This document shows, in pieces, positions 29,883 to 44,809 of a DNA stretch of 64,000 nt (positions are counted from its first letter, which is position 1; each line of letters begins with the position of its first letter). Made by a program: the position numbers and the translations under genes. This DNA comes from Eledone cirrhosa. Its lineage: Eukaryota. The notes beneath the pieces were generated by a model that had not been told where the DNA came from, did no database searches, and saw only the letters and a list, made by a program, of their open reading frames with translations. The stretch spans positions 236,778,001-236,842,000 of the forward strand of contig OZ024741.1 in the NCBI GenBank assembly GCA_964016885.1. The letters run 5' to 3'.

Positions 29883-32800
29883 TCAATAGTATGACTGTTA
29901 ACTCTACACACTTGATTCACTGCAATATAGTCAATAGTATGACTGTTAACTCTACACACTTGATTCACTGCTATGTAGTTAATAGTATAACTATTAACAC
30001 ACATACACTTGATTCACTGCTAGTAGTCAATGGTATGACTGTTAACACACACACACTTGATTCACTGCTATGTATTCAATAGTATGACTGTTAACACACA
30101 CACACTTGATTCACTGCTATGTAGTCAATAGTATGACTGTTAACTCTACACGCTTGATTCACTGCTATGTAGTAAATAGTATGACTGTTAACACACACAC
30201 GTTTGATACACTGCTATGTAGTCAATAGTATGACTTTTAATTCTACACACTTGATTCACTGCTATATATTCAATATTATAACTTTGAACTCTACACACTT
30301 GATTCACTGCTATGTAGTCAATAGTATGACTGTTAACACACACACACTTGATTCACTGCTATGTAGTCAATAGTATGACTGTTAACTCTACACACTTTAT
30401 TCACTGCTATGTAGTCAATAGTATGACTGTTAACACACACGCACTTGATTCACTGCTATGTAGTAAATAGTATGACTGTTAACACACACACACTTGATTC
30501 ACTGCTATGTAGTCAATAGTATGACTGTTAACTCTACACACTTTATTCACTGCTATGTAGTCAATATTATGATTGTTAACTCAACGCCCACTTGATTCAC
30601 TGCTCTGTAGTCAATAGTATGACTGTTAACACACACACACTTGATTCACTGCTATGTAGTAAATAGTATGACTGTTAACACACACACTTGATTAGCTGCA
30701 ATGTAGTCAATAGTATGACTGTTAACACACACAGATTTGATTCACTGCTATGCACTCAATAGTATGACTGTTAACTCTACACACTTGATTCACTGCTATG
30801 TAGTCAATAGTATGACTGTTAACTCTACACACTTGATTCACTGCTATATAGTCAATAGTATAACTGTTAACGCTACACTCTTGATTCACTGCTATGTAGT
30901 CAATAGTATGACCGTTAACTCACACACACTTCATTCACTGCTATGTAGTCAATAGTATGAATGTTAACACACACACACTTGATTCACTGCTATGTAGTAA
31001 ATAGTATGACTATTAACTCTACACACTTGATTCACTGCTCTCTAGTCAATAGTATGACTGTTAACACACACACAGTTGATTCACTGCTATGTAGTCAATA
31101 GTATTACTGTTAACACACACTTGATTCACTGCTATGCAGTCAATAGTATGATTGTAAACTCTACACACTGCTATGCAGTCAATAGTACGACTGTAAACTC
31201 TACACACTTGATTCACTGCTATGTAGTCAATAGTATGACTGTTAACACACACACACTTGATTCACTGCTATGTAGTCAATAGTATGACTGTTTACACACA
31301 CACATTTGATTAACTGTTATATAGTTAATAGTATGACCGTTAACACACACACACTTGATTCACTGCTATGTAGTCAATAATATGACTGTTAACACACACC
31401 CACTTGATTCACTGCTATGTAGTCAAGTGTATGACTGTTAACTCCACACACTTGATTCACTACTATGTAGTCAATAATATGATTGTTAACTCTACACACT
31501 TGATTCACTGCTATGTAGTCAATAGTATAACTGTTAACACACACACACTTGATTCACTGCTATATAGTCAATAATATGACTGTTAACTCTACACACTTGA
31601 TTCACTTCCATATAGTCAATAGTATGACTGTTAACTCTACACACTTGATTCACTGCAATATAGTCAATAGTATGACTGTTAACTCTACACACTTGATTCA
31701 CTGCTATGTAGTTAATAGTATAACTATTAACACACATACACTTGATTCACTGCTAGTAGTCAATGGTATGACTGTTAACACACACACACTTGATTCACTG
31801 CTATGTATTCAATAGTATGACTGTTAACACACACACACTTGATTCACTGCTATGTAGTCAATAGTATGACTGTTAACTCTACACGCTTGATTCACTGCTA
31901 TGTAGTAAATAGTATGACTGTTAACACACACACGTTTGATACACTGCTATGTAGTCAATAGTATGACTTTTAATTCTACACACTTGATTCACTGCTATAT
32001 ATTCAATATTATAACTTTGAACTCTACACACTTGATTCACTGCTATGTAGTCAATAGTATGACTGTTAACACACACACACTTGATTCACTGCTATGTAGT
32101 CAATAGTATGACTGTTAACTCTACACACTTTATTCACTGCTATGTAGTCAATAGTATGACTGTTAACACACACGCACTTGATTCACTGCTATGTAGTAAA
32201 TAGTATGACTGTTAACACACACACACTTGATTCACTGCTATGTAGTCAATAGTATGACTGTTAACTCTACACACTTTATTCACTGCTATGTAGTCAATAT
32301 TATGATTGTTAACTCAACGCCCACTTGATTCACTGCTCTGTAGTCAATAGTATGACTGTTAACACACACACACTTGATTCACTGCTATGTAGTAAATAGT
32401 ATGACTGTTAACACACACACTTGATTAGCTGCAATGTAGTCAATAGTATGACTGTTAACACACACAGATTTGATTCACTGCTATGCACTCAATAGTATGA
32501 CTGTTAACTCTACACACTTGATTCACTGCTATGTAGTCAATAGTATGACTGTTAACTCTACACACTTGATTCACTGCTATATAGTCAATAGTATAACTGT
32601 TAACGCTACACTCTTGATTCACTGCTATGTAGTCAATAGTATGACCGTTAACTCACACACACTTCATTCACTGCTATGTAGTCAATAGTATGAATGTTAA
32701 CACACACACACTTGATTCACTGCTATGTAGTAAATAGTATGACTATTAACTCTACACACTTGATTCACTGCTCTCTAGTCAATAGTATGACTGTTAACAC

Positions 32801-33348
32801 ACACACAGTTGATTCACTGCTATGTAGTCAATAGTATTACTGTTAACACACACTTGATTCACTGCTATGCAGTCAATAGTATGATTGTAAACTCTACACA
32901 CTGCTATGCAGTCAATAGTACGACTGTAAACTCTACACACTTGATTCACTGCTATGTAGTCAATAGTATGACTGTTAACACACACACACTTGATTCACTG
33001 CTATGTAGTCAATAGTATGACTGTTTACACACACACATTTGATTAACTGTTATATAGTTAATAGTATGACCGTTAACACACACACACTTGATTCACTGCT
33101 ATGTAGTCAATAATATGACTGTTAACACACACCCACTTGATTCACTGCTATGTAGTCAAGTGTATGACTGTTAACTCCACACACTTGATTCACTACTATG
33201 TAGTCAATAATATGATTGTTAACTCTACACACTTGATTCACTGCTATGTAGTCAATAGTATAACTGTTAACACACACACACTTGATTCACTGCTATATAG
33301 TCAATAATATGACTGTTAACTCTACACACTTGATTCACTTCCATATAG
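29883..33348 (+). repeat. Tandem duplication of a 1733-bp block
   Basis: Identical ORF translations at offset 1733 (30737/32470, 31061/32794, 31076/32809); shared rare variants AACTCAACGCCCAC and TTGATTAGCTGCAA. Confidence 0.9.
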
Positions 33349-36300
33349 TCAATAGTATGACTGTTAACTCTACACACTTGATTCACTGCTATGTAGTCAA
33401 TAGTATGACTGTTAACACACACACACACTTGATTCACTGCTATGTAGTCAATAGTATGACTGTTAACACACACACACTTGATTCACTGCTATGTAGTCAA
33501 TAGTATGACTGTTAACTCTACACACTTTATTCACTGCTATGTAGTCAATAGTATGACTGTTAACACACACGCACTTGATTCACTGCTATGTAGTAAATAG
33601 TATGACTGTAAACACACACAATATTGATTCACTGCTATGTCGTCAATAGTATGACTGTTAACTCTACACACTTGATTCACTGCTATGTAGTCAATAGTAT
33701 GACTGTTAACACAAGCACACTTGATTCACTGCTATGTAGTAACTAATATGACTGTTAACACACAGACACTTGATTCACTGCTATGTAGTCAATAGTATGA
33801 CTGTTAACTCTACAAACTTGATTCAGTGCTATTTAGTCAATAGTATGACTATTAACACACACACACTTGATTCACTGCTATGTAGTCAATAGTATGACTG
33901 TTAACACAAGCACACTTGATTCACTGCTATGTAGTAACTAATATGACTGTTAACACACAGACACTTGATTCACTGCTATGTAGTCAATAGTATGACTGTT
34001 AACTCTACAAACTTGATTCACTGCTATGTAGTCAATAATATGACTGTTAACACACACCCACTTGATTCACTGCTATGTAGTCAAGTGTATGACTGTTAAC
34101 TCCACACACTTGATTCACTACTATGTAGTCAATAATATGATTGTTAACTCTACACACTTGATTCACTGCTATGTAGTCAATAGTATGACTGTTAACACAC
34201 ACACACTGCATTCACTGCTATGTAGTCAATATTATGATTGTTAACTCTAAACACGAGATTCACGGCTATGTAGTCAATAGTATGACTGTTAACACACACA
34301 CGTTTGATACACTGCTATGTAGTCAATAGTATGACTGTTAATTCTACACACTTGATTCACTGCTATATATTCAATATTATAACTTTGAACTCTACACACT
34401 TGATTCACTGCTATGTAGTCAATAGTATGACTGTTAACACACACACACTTGATTCACTGCTATGTAGTCAATAGTATGACTGTTAACTCTACACACTTTA
34501 TTCACTGCTATGTAGTCAATAGTATGACTGTTAACATACACGCACTTGATTCACTGCTATGTAGTCAATAGTATAACTGTTAACACACACACACTTGATT
34601 CACTGCTATATAGTCAATAATATGACTGTTAACTCTACACACTTGATTCACTTCTATATAGTCAATAGTATTACCGTTAACTTTACACATTTGATTCACT
34701 GCTATGTAGTCAATAGTATGACTGTTAACTCTATACACTTGATCCACTGCTATGTAGTCAATAGTATGACTGTTAATACACACACACTTGATTCACTGCT
34801 ATGTAGTCAATAGTATGAATGTTAACTGTATACACTTGATCCACTGCTATGTAGTCAATAGTATGTCTGTTAACTCTACACACTTGATTCACTGCTATAT
34901 AGTCAATAGTATGACTGTTAACTCTACACACTTGATTCACTGCTATGTAGTCAATAGTATGACTGTTAACACAAGCACACTTGATTCACTGCTATGTAGT
35001 AACTAATATGACTGTTAACACACAGACACTTGATTCACTGCTATGTAGTCAATAGTATAACTGTTAACTCTACAAACGTGATTCAGTGCTATTTAGTCAA
35101 TAGTATGACTGTTAACACACACACACTTGATTCACTGCTATGTAGTCAATAGTATGACTGTTAACTCTACAAACTTGATTCAGTGCTATTTAGTCAATAG
35201 TATGACTGTTAACACATACACACTATATTCACTGCTATGTAGTCAATAGTATGACTGTTAACTCTACACACTTGATTCACTGCGATGTAGTCAGTAGTAT
35301 GACTGTTAACACACACACACACATGATTCACTGCTATGTCGTCAATAGTATGACTGTTTACACACACACATTTGATTAACTGTTATATAGTTAATAGTAT
35401 GACTGTTAACACACTCACACACTTGATTCACTGCTATGTAGTCAATAGTATGACTGATAACTCTACACACTTGATTCACTGCTATGTAGTCAATAGTATG
35501 ACTGTTAACTCTACACACTTGATTCACTGCTATGTAGTCAATAGTATGACTGTTAACACTCACACACACTTGATTCACTGCTATGTAGTCAATAGTATGA
35601 CTGTTAACACACACACACTTTATTCCCTGCTATGTAGTCAATAGTATGACTGTTAACACACACACACTTGATTCACTGCTATGTAGTCAATAGTATGACT
35701 GTTAACTCTACACACTTGATCCACTGCTATGTATTCAATAGTATGACTGTTAACTCTACACACTTGATTCACTGTAATATAGTCAATAGTATGACTGTTA
35801 ACTCTACACACTTGATTCACTGCTATGTATTCAATAGTATGACTGTTAACACACACACACTTGATTCACTGCTATGTAGTCAATAGTATGACTGTTAACT
35901 CTACACGCTTGATTCACTGCTATGTAGTAAATAGTATGACTGTTAACACACACACATTTGATACACTGCTATGTAGTCAATAGTATGTCTGTTAATTCTA
36001 CACACTTGATTCACTGCTATATATTCAATATTATAACTTTCAACTCTACACACTTGATTCACTGCTATGTAGTCAATACTATGACTGTTAACACTCACAC
36101 ACACTTGATTCACTGCTATGTAGTCAATAGTATGACTGTTAACTCTACACACATGATTCACTGCTATGTCGTCAATAGTATGACTGTTTACACACACACA
36201 TTTGATTAACTGTTATATAGTTAATAGTATGACTGTTAACACACACACACTTGATTCACTGCTATGTAGTCAATAGTATCACTCTTAACTCTACACACTT

Positions 36301-38529
36301 TATTCACTGCTATGTAGTCGATAGTATGACTGTTAACACTCACACACACTTGATTCACTGCTATGTGGTCAATAGTATAACTGTTAACACACACACACTT
36401 TACTCACTGCTATGTAGTCAATAGTATGACTGATAACTCTACACACTTGATTCACTGCTATGTAGTCAATAGTATGACTGTTAACACTCACACACACTTG
36501 ATTCACTGCTATGTAGTCAATAGTATGACTGTTAACACACACACACTTGATTCTCTGTTATGTAGTCAATAGTCTGACTGTTAACTCTACACACTTGTTC
36601 CACTGCCATGTATTCAATAGTATGACTGTTAACTCTACACACTTTATTCACTGCAATATAGTCAATAGTATGACTGTTAACTCTACACACTTGATTCACT
36701 GCTATGTAGTCAATAGTATGACTATTAACACACATACACTTGATTCACTGCTAGTAGTCAATAGTATGACTGTTAACACACACACACTTGATTCACTGCT
36801 ATGTATTCAATAGTATGACTGTTAACACACACTTGATTCACTGCTATGTAGTCAATAGTATGACTGTTAACTCTACACGCTTGATTCACTGCTATGTATT
36901 AAATAGTATGACTGTTAACACACACACATTTGATACACTGCTATGTAGTCAATAGTATGACTGTTAATTCTACACACTTGATTCACTGCTATATATTCAA
37001 TATTATAACTTTGAACTCTACACACTTGATTCACTGCTATGTAGTCAATACTATGACTGTTAACACTCACACACACTTGATTCACTGCTATGTAGTCAAT
37101 AGTATGACTGTTAACTGTACACACTTTATTCACTGCTATGTATTCAATAGTATGACTGTTAACTCTACACACTTGATTCACTGCAATATAGTCAATAGTA
37201 TGACTGTTAACTCTACACACTTGATTCACTGCTATGTAGTCAATAGTATGACTATTAACACACATACACTTGATTCACTGCTAGTAGTCAATAGTATGAC
37301 TGTTAACACACACACACTTGATTCACTGCTATGTATTCAATAGTTTGACTGTTAACACACACACACTTGATTCACTGCTATGTAGTCAATAGTATGACTG
37401 TTAACTCTACACGCTTGATTCACTGCTATGTAGTAAATAGTATGACTGTTAACACACACACATTTGATACACTGCTATGTAGTCAATAGTATGACTGTTA
37501 ATTCTACACACTTGATTCACTGCTATATATTCAATATTATAACTTTCAACTCTACACACTTGATTCACTGCTATGTAGTCAATAGTATGACTGTTAACTC
37601 TACACACACATTGATTCACTGCTATGTAGTCAATAGTATGACTGTTAACTCTACACACTTGATTCACTGCGATGTAGTCAATAGTATGACTGTTAACACA
37701 CACACACACATGATTCACTGCTATGTCGTCAATAGTATGACTGTTTACACACACACATTTCATTAACTGTTATATAGTTAATAGTATGACTGTTAACACA
37801 CACACACTTGATTCACTGCTATGTAGTCAATAGTATCACTGTTAACTCTACACACTTTATTCACTGCTATGTAGTCAATAGTATGACTGTTAACACTCAC
37901 ACACACTTGATTCACTGCTATGTAGTCAATAGTATAACTGTTAACACACACACACTTTACTCACTGCTATGTAGTCAATAGTATGACTGATAACTCTACA
38001 CACTTGATTCACTGCTAGGTAGTCAATAGTATGACTGTTAACTCTACACACTTGTTTCACTGCTATGTAGTCAATAGTATGACTGTTATCACTCACACAC
38101 ACTTGATTCACTGCTAGGTAGTCAATAGTATGACTGTTAACACACACACACTTGATTCACTGCTATGTAGTCAATAGTCTGACTGTTAACTCTACACACT
38201 TGTTCCACTGCTATGTATTCAATAGTATGACTGTTAACACACACTTGATTCACTGCTATGTAGTCAATAGTATGACTGTTAACTCTACACGCTTGATTCA
38301 CTGCTATGTATTAAATAGTATGACTGTTAACACACACACATTTGATACACTGCTATGTAGTCAATAGTATGACTGTTAATTCTACACACTTGATTCACTG
38401 CTATATATTCAATATTATAACTTTGAACTCTACACACTTGATTCACTGCTATGTAGTCAATACTATGACTGTTAACACTCACACACACTTGATTCACTGC
38501 TATGTAGTCAATAGTATGACTGTTAACAC

Positions 38530-41500
38530 ACACACACTTGATTCACCGCTATGTAGTCAATAGTATGACTGTTAACTCTACACACTTTATTCACTGCTAT
38601 GTAGTCAATTGTATGACTGTTAACACACACGCATTTGATTCACTGCTATGTAGTAAATAGTATGACTGTTAACACACACACACTTGATTCAGTGCTATGT
38701 AGTCAATAGTATGACTGTTAACTCTACACACTTTATTCACTGCTATGTAGTCAATATTATGATTGTTAACTCAACACCCACTTGATTCACTGCTCTGTAG
38801 TCAATAGTATGACTGTTAACACACACACACTTGATTCAATGCTATGTAGTAAATAGTATGACTGTTAACACACACACTTGATTAGCTGCAATGTAGTCAA
38901 TAGTATGACTGTTAACACACACAGACTTGATTCACTGCTATGCACTCAATAGTATGACTGTTAACTCTACACACTTGATTCACTGCTATGTAGTCAATAG
39001 TATGACTGTTAACACACACACACTTGATTCACTGCTATGTAGTCAATAGTATAACTGTTAACTCTATACACTTGATCCACTGCTATGTAGTCAATAGTAT
39101 GACTGTTAAAACTACACACTTGATTCACTGCTATGTAGTAAATAGTATGACTGTTAACTCTACACACTTGATTCACTGCTATATAGTCAATAGTATAACT
39201 GTTAACGCTACACTCTTGATTCACTGCTATGAGTCAATAGTATGACCGTTAACTCAAACACACTTGATTCACTGCTATGTAGTCAATAGTATGACTGTTA
39301 ACACACACACACTTTATTCACTGCTATGTAGTAAATAGTATGACTATTAACTCTACACACTTGATTCACTGCTCTCTAGTCAATAGTATGACTGTTAACA
39401 CACACACAGTTGATTCACTGCTATGTAGTCAATAGTATTACTGTTAACACACACTTGATTCACTGCTATGCGGTCAATAGTATGACTGTAAACTCTACAC
39501 ACTGCTATGCAGTCAATAGTACGACTGTAAACTCTACACACTTGATTCACTGCTATGCAGTCAATAGTATGACTGTTAACACACACACACTTGATTCACT
39601 GCTATGTAGTCAATAGTATGACTGTTTACACACACACATTTGATTAACTGTTATATAGTTAATAGTATGACTGTTAACACACACACACTTGATTCACTGC
39701 TATGTAGTCAAGAATATGACTGTTAACACACACCCACTTGATTCACTGCTATGTAGTCAAGTTTATGACTGTTAACTCCACACACTTGATTCACTACTAT
39801 GTAGTCAATAATATGATTGTTAACTCTACACACTTGATTCACTGCTATGTAGTCAATAGTATAACTGTTAACACACACACACTTGATTCACTGCTATATA
39901 GTCAATAGTATGACCGTTAACTTTACACATTTGATTCACTGCTATGTAGTCAATAGTATGACTGTTAACTCTATACACTTGATCCACTGCTATGTAGTCA
40001 ATAGTATGACTGTTAATACACACACACTTGATTCACTGCTATGTAGTCAATAGTATGAATGTTAACTGTATACACTTGATCCACTGCTATGTACTCAATA
40101 GTATGTCTGTTAACTCTACACACTTGATTCACTGCTATATAGTCAATAGTATGACTGTTAACTCTACACAATTGATTCACTGCTATGTAGTCAATAGTAT
40201 GACTGTTAACACACACACACACTTGATTCACTGCTATGTAGTCAATAGTATGACTGTTAACACACACACACTTGATTCACTGCTATGTAGTCAATAGTAT
40301 GACTGTTAACACAAGAACACTTGATTCACTGCTATGTAGTAACTAATATGACTGTTAACACACACACACTTGATTCACTGCTATGTCGTCAATAGTATGA
40401 CTGTTAACTCTACAAACTTGATTCAGTGCTATTTAGTCAATAGTATGACTGTTAACACACACTTGATTCACTGCTATGTAGTCAATAGTATGACTGTTAA
40501 CTCTACACACTTGATTCACTGCGATGTAGTCAGTAGTATGACTGTTAACACACACACACACATGATTCACTGCTATGTAGTCAATAGTATGACTATTAAC
40601 ACGCACACACTTGATTCACTGCTAGTAGTCAATAGTATGACTGTTAACACACACACAATTGATTCACTGCTATGTAGTCATAGTATGACTGTTAACTCTA
40701 CACACACACTTGATTCAATGCTATGTAGTCAATAGTATGACTGTTAACTCTACACACTTGATTCACTGCGATGTAGTCAATAGTATGACTGTTAACACAC
40801 ACACACACATGATTCACTGCTATGTCGTCAATAGTATGACTGTTTACACACACACATTTGATTAACTGTTATATAGTTAATAGTATGACTGTTAACACAC
40901 ACACACACTTGATTCACTGCTATGTAGTCAATAATATCACTGTTAACTCTACACACTTCATTCACTGCTATGTAGTCAATAGTATGACTGTTAACACTCA
41001 CACACACTTGATTCACTGCTATGTAGTCAATAGTATAACTGTTAACACACACACACTTTACTCACTGCTATGTAGTCAATAGTATGACTGATAACTCTAC
41101 ACACTTGATTCACTGCTATGTAGTCAATAGTATGACTGTTAACTCTACACACTTGATTCACTACTATGTAGTCAATAGTATGACTGTTAACACTCACACA
41201 CACTTGATTCACTGCTATGTAGTCAATAGTATGACTGTTAACACACACACACTTTATTCCCTGCTATGTAGTCAATAGTATGACTGTTAACTCTACACAC
41301 TTTATTCACTGCTATGTAGTCAATAGTATGACTGTTAACACTCACACACACTTGATTCACTGCTATGTAGTCAATAGTATGACTGTTAACACACACACAC
41401 TTTATTCACTGCTATGTAGTCAATAGTATGACTGATAACTCTACACACTTAATTCACTGCTATGTAGTCAATAGTATGACTGTTAACTCTACAAACTTGA

Positions 41501-44225
41501 TTCAGTGCTATTTAGTCAATAGTATGACTGTTAACACACACACACTTGATTCACTGCTATGTAGTCAATAGTATGACTGTTAACTCTACACACTTGATTC
41601 ACTGCGATGTAGTCAGTAGTATGACTGTTAACACACACACACACATGATTCACTGCTATGTAGTCAATAGTATGACTATTAACACGCACACACTTGATTC
41701 ACTGCTAGTAGTCAATAGTATGACTGTTAACACACACACAATTGATTCACTGCTATGTAGTCAATAGTATGACTGTTAACTCTACACACACACTTGATTC
41801 ACTGCTATGTAGTCAATAGTATGACTGTTAACTCTACACACTTGATTCACTGCGATGTAGTCAATAGTATGACTGTTAACACACACACACACATGATTCA
41901 CTGCTATGTCGTCAATAGTATGACTGTTTACACACACACATTTGATTAACTGTTATATAGTTAATAGTATGACTGTTAACACACACACACACACTTGATT
42001 CACTGCTATGTAGTCAATAGTATCACTGTTAACTCTACACACTTTATTCACTGCTATGTAGTCAATAGTATGACTGTTAACACTCACACACACTTGATTC
42101 ACTGCTATGTAGTCAATAGTATAACTGTTAACACACACACACTTTACTCACTGCTATGTAGTCAATAGTATGACTGATAACTCTACACACTTGATTCACT
42201 GCTATGTAGTCAATAGTATGACTGTTAACACTCACACACACTTGATTCACTGCTATGTAGTCAATAGTATGACTGTTAACACTCACACACACTTGATTCA
42301 CTGCTATGTAGTCAATAGTATGACTGTTAACACTCACACACACTTGATTCCCTGCTATGTAGTCAATAGTATGACTGTTAACTCTACACACTTTATTCAC
42401 TGCTATGTAGTCAATAGTATGACTGTTAACACTCACACACACTTGATTCACTGCTATGTAGTCAATAGTATGACTGTTAACACACACACACACTTTATTC
42501 ACTGCTATGTAGTCAAGAGTATGACTGATAACTCTACACACTTGATTCACTGCTATGTAGTCAATAGTATGACTGTTAACTCTACACACTTGATTCACTG
42601 CTATGTAGTCAATAGTATGACTGTTAACACTCACACACACTTGATTCACTGCTATGTAGTCAATAGTATGACTGTTAACACACACACTTTATTCACTGCT
42701 ATGTAGTCAATAGTATGACTGTTAACTCTACACACTTTATTTACTGCTATGTAGTCAATAGTATGACTGTTAACACTCACACACACTTGATTCACTGCTA
42801 TGTAGTCAATAGTATGACTGTTAACACACACACACTTTATTCACTGCTATGTAGTCAATAGTATGACTGATAACTCTACACACTTGATTCACTGCTATGT
42901 AGTCAATAGTATGACTGTTAACTCTACACACTTGATTCACTGCTATGTAGTCAATAGTATGACTGTTAACACTCACACACACTTGATTCACTGCTATGTA
43001 GTCAATAGTATGACTGTTAACACACACACACTTTATTCACTGCTATGTAGTCAATAGTATGACTGTTAACTCTACACACTTTATTCACTGCTATGTAGTC
43101 AATAGTATGACTGTTAACTCTACACACTTTATTCACTGCTATGTAGTCAATAGTATGACTGTTAACTCTACACACTTTATTCACTGCTTTGTAGTCAATA
43201 GTATGACTGTTAACACACACACACACTTGATTAACTGCTCTGTAGTCAATAGTATGACTGTTAACACACACACACTTGATTCACTTCTATGTAGTCAATA
43301 GTATGACTGTTAACTCTACACACTTGATTCACTGCTATGTAGTCAATAGTATGACTGTTAACTCTACACACTTGATTCACTGCTATGTAGTCAATAGTAT
43401 GACTGTTAACACGCACACACACTTGATTCACTGCTATGTAGTCAATAGTATGACTGTTAACACACACACACTTGATTCACTGCTATGTAGTCAATAGTAT
43501 GACTGTTAACTCTACACACTTTATTCACTGCTATGTAGTCAATTGTATGACTGTTAACACACACGCACTTGATTCACTGCTATGTAGTAAATAGTATGAC
43601 TGTTAACACACACACACTTGATTCAGTGCTATGTAGTCAATAGTATGACTGTTAACTCTACACACTTTATTCACTGCTATGTAGTAAATATTATGATTGT
43701 TAACTCAACACCCACTTGATTCACTGCTCTGTAGTCAATAGTATGACTGTTAACACACACACACTTGATTCACTGCTATGTAGTAAATAGTATGACTGTT
43801 AACACACACACTTGATTAGCTGCAATGTAGTCAATAGTATGACTGTTAACACACACAGACTTGATTCACTGCTATGCACTCAATAGTATGACTGTTAACT
43901 CTACACACTTGATTCACTGCTATGTAGTCAATAGTATGACTGTTAACACACACACACTTGATTCACTGCTATGTAGTCAATAGTATAACTGTTAACTCTA
44001 TACACTTGATCCACTGCTATGTAGTCAATAGTATGACTGTTAAAACTACACACTTGATTCACTGCTATGTAGTAAATAGTATGACTGTTAACTCTACACA
44101 CTTGATTCACTGCTATATAGTCAATAGTATAACTGTTAACGCTACACTCTTGATTCACTGCTATGAGTCAATAGTATGACCGTTAACTCAAACACACTTG
44201 ATTCACTGCTATGTAGTCAATAGTA
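38530..44225 (+). repeat. Dispersed duplicated block of about 0.75 kb at offset 4934 (about 38530-39290 and 43465-44225)
   Basis: Identical ORFs 39009/43943 and 39024/43958, including the shared 1-nt deletion CTATGAGTC. Confidence 0.8.
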
Positions 44226-44809
44226 TGAATGTTAACACACACACACTTGATTCACTGCTATGTAGTCAATATTATGATTGTTAACTCTACACACGTGATT
44301 CACTGCTATGTAGTCAATAGTATGACTGATAACTCTACACACTTGATTTACAAATATGTGGTCAATAGTATGACTGTTAAAACACACACACACTTGATTC
44401 ACTGCTATGTAGTCAATAGTATGACTGTTAACACACACACACTTGATTCACTGTTATGTAGTCAATAGTATGACTGTTAACTCTACACACTTGATTCACT
44501 GCTATGTAGTCAATAGTATGACTGTTAACACACACACACTTGATTCACTGCTATGTATTCAATAGTATGACTGTTAACACTCACACACACTTGATTCACT
44601 GCTATGTAGTCAATAGTATGACTGTGAACACACACGCACTTGATTAAGTGCTATGTAGTCAATAGTATGACTGTTAACACACACACACATGATTCACTGC
44701 TAGGTAGTCAATAGTATGACTGTTAACACACACACACTTGATTCACTGCATAAAGTCAATAGTATGAATGTTAACACACACACAATTGATTCACTGTTAT
44801 GTAGTCAAT

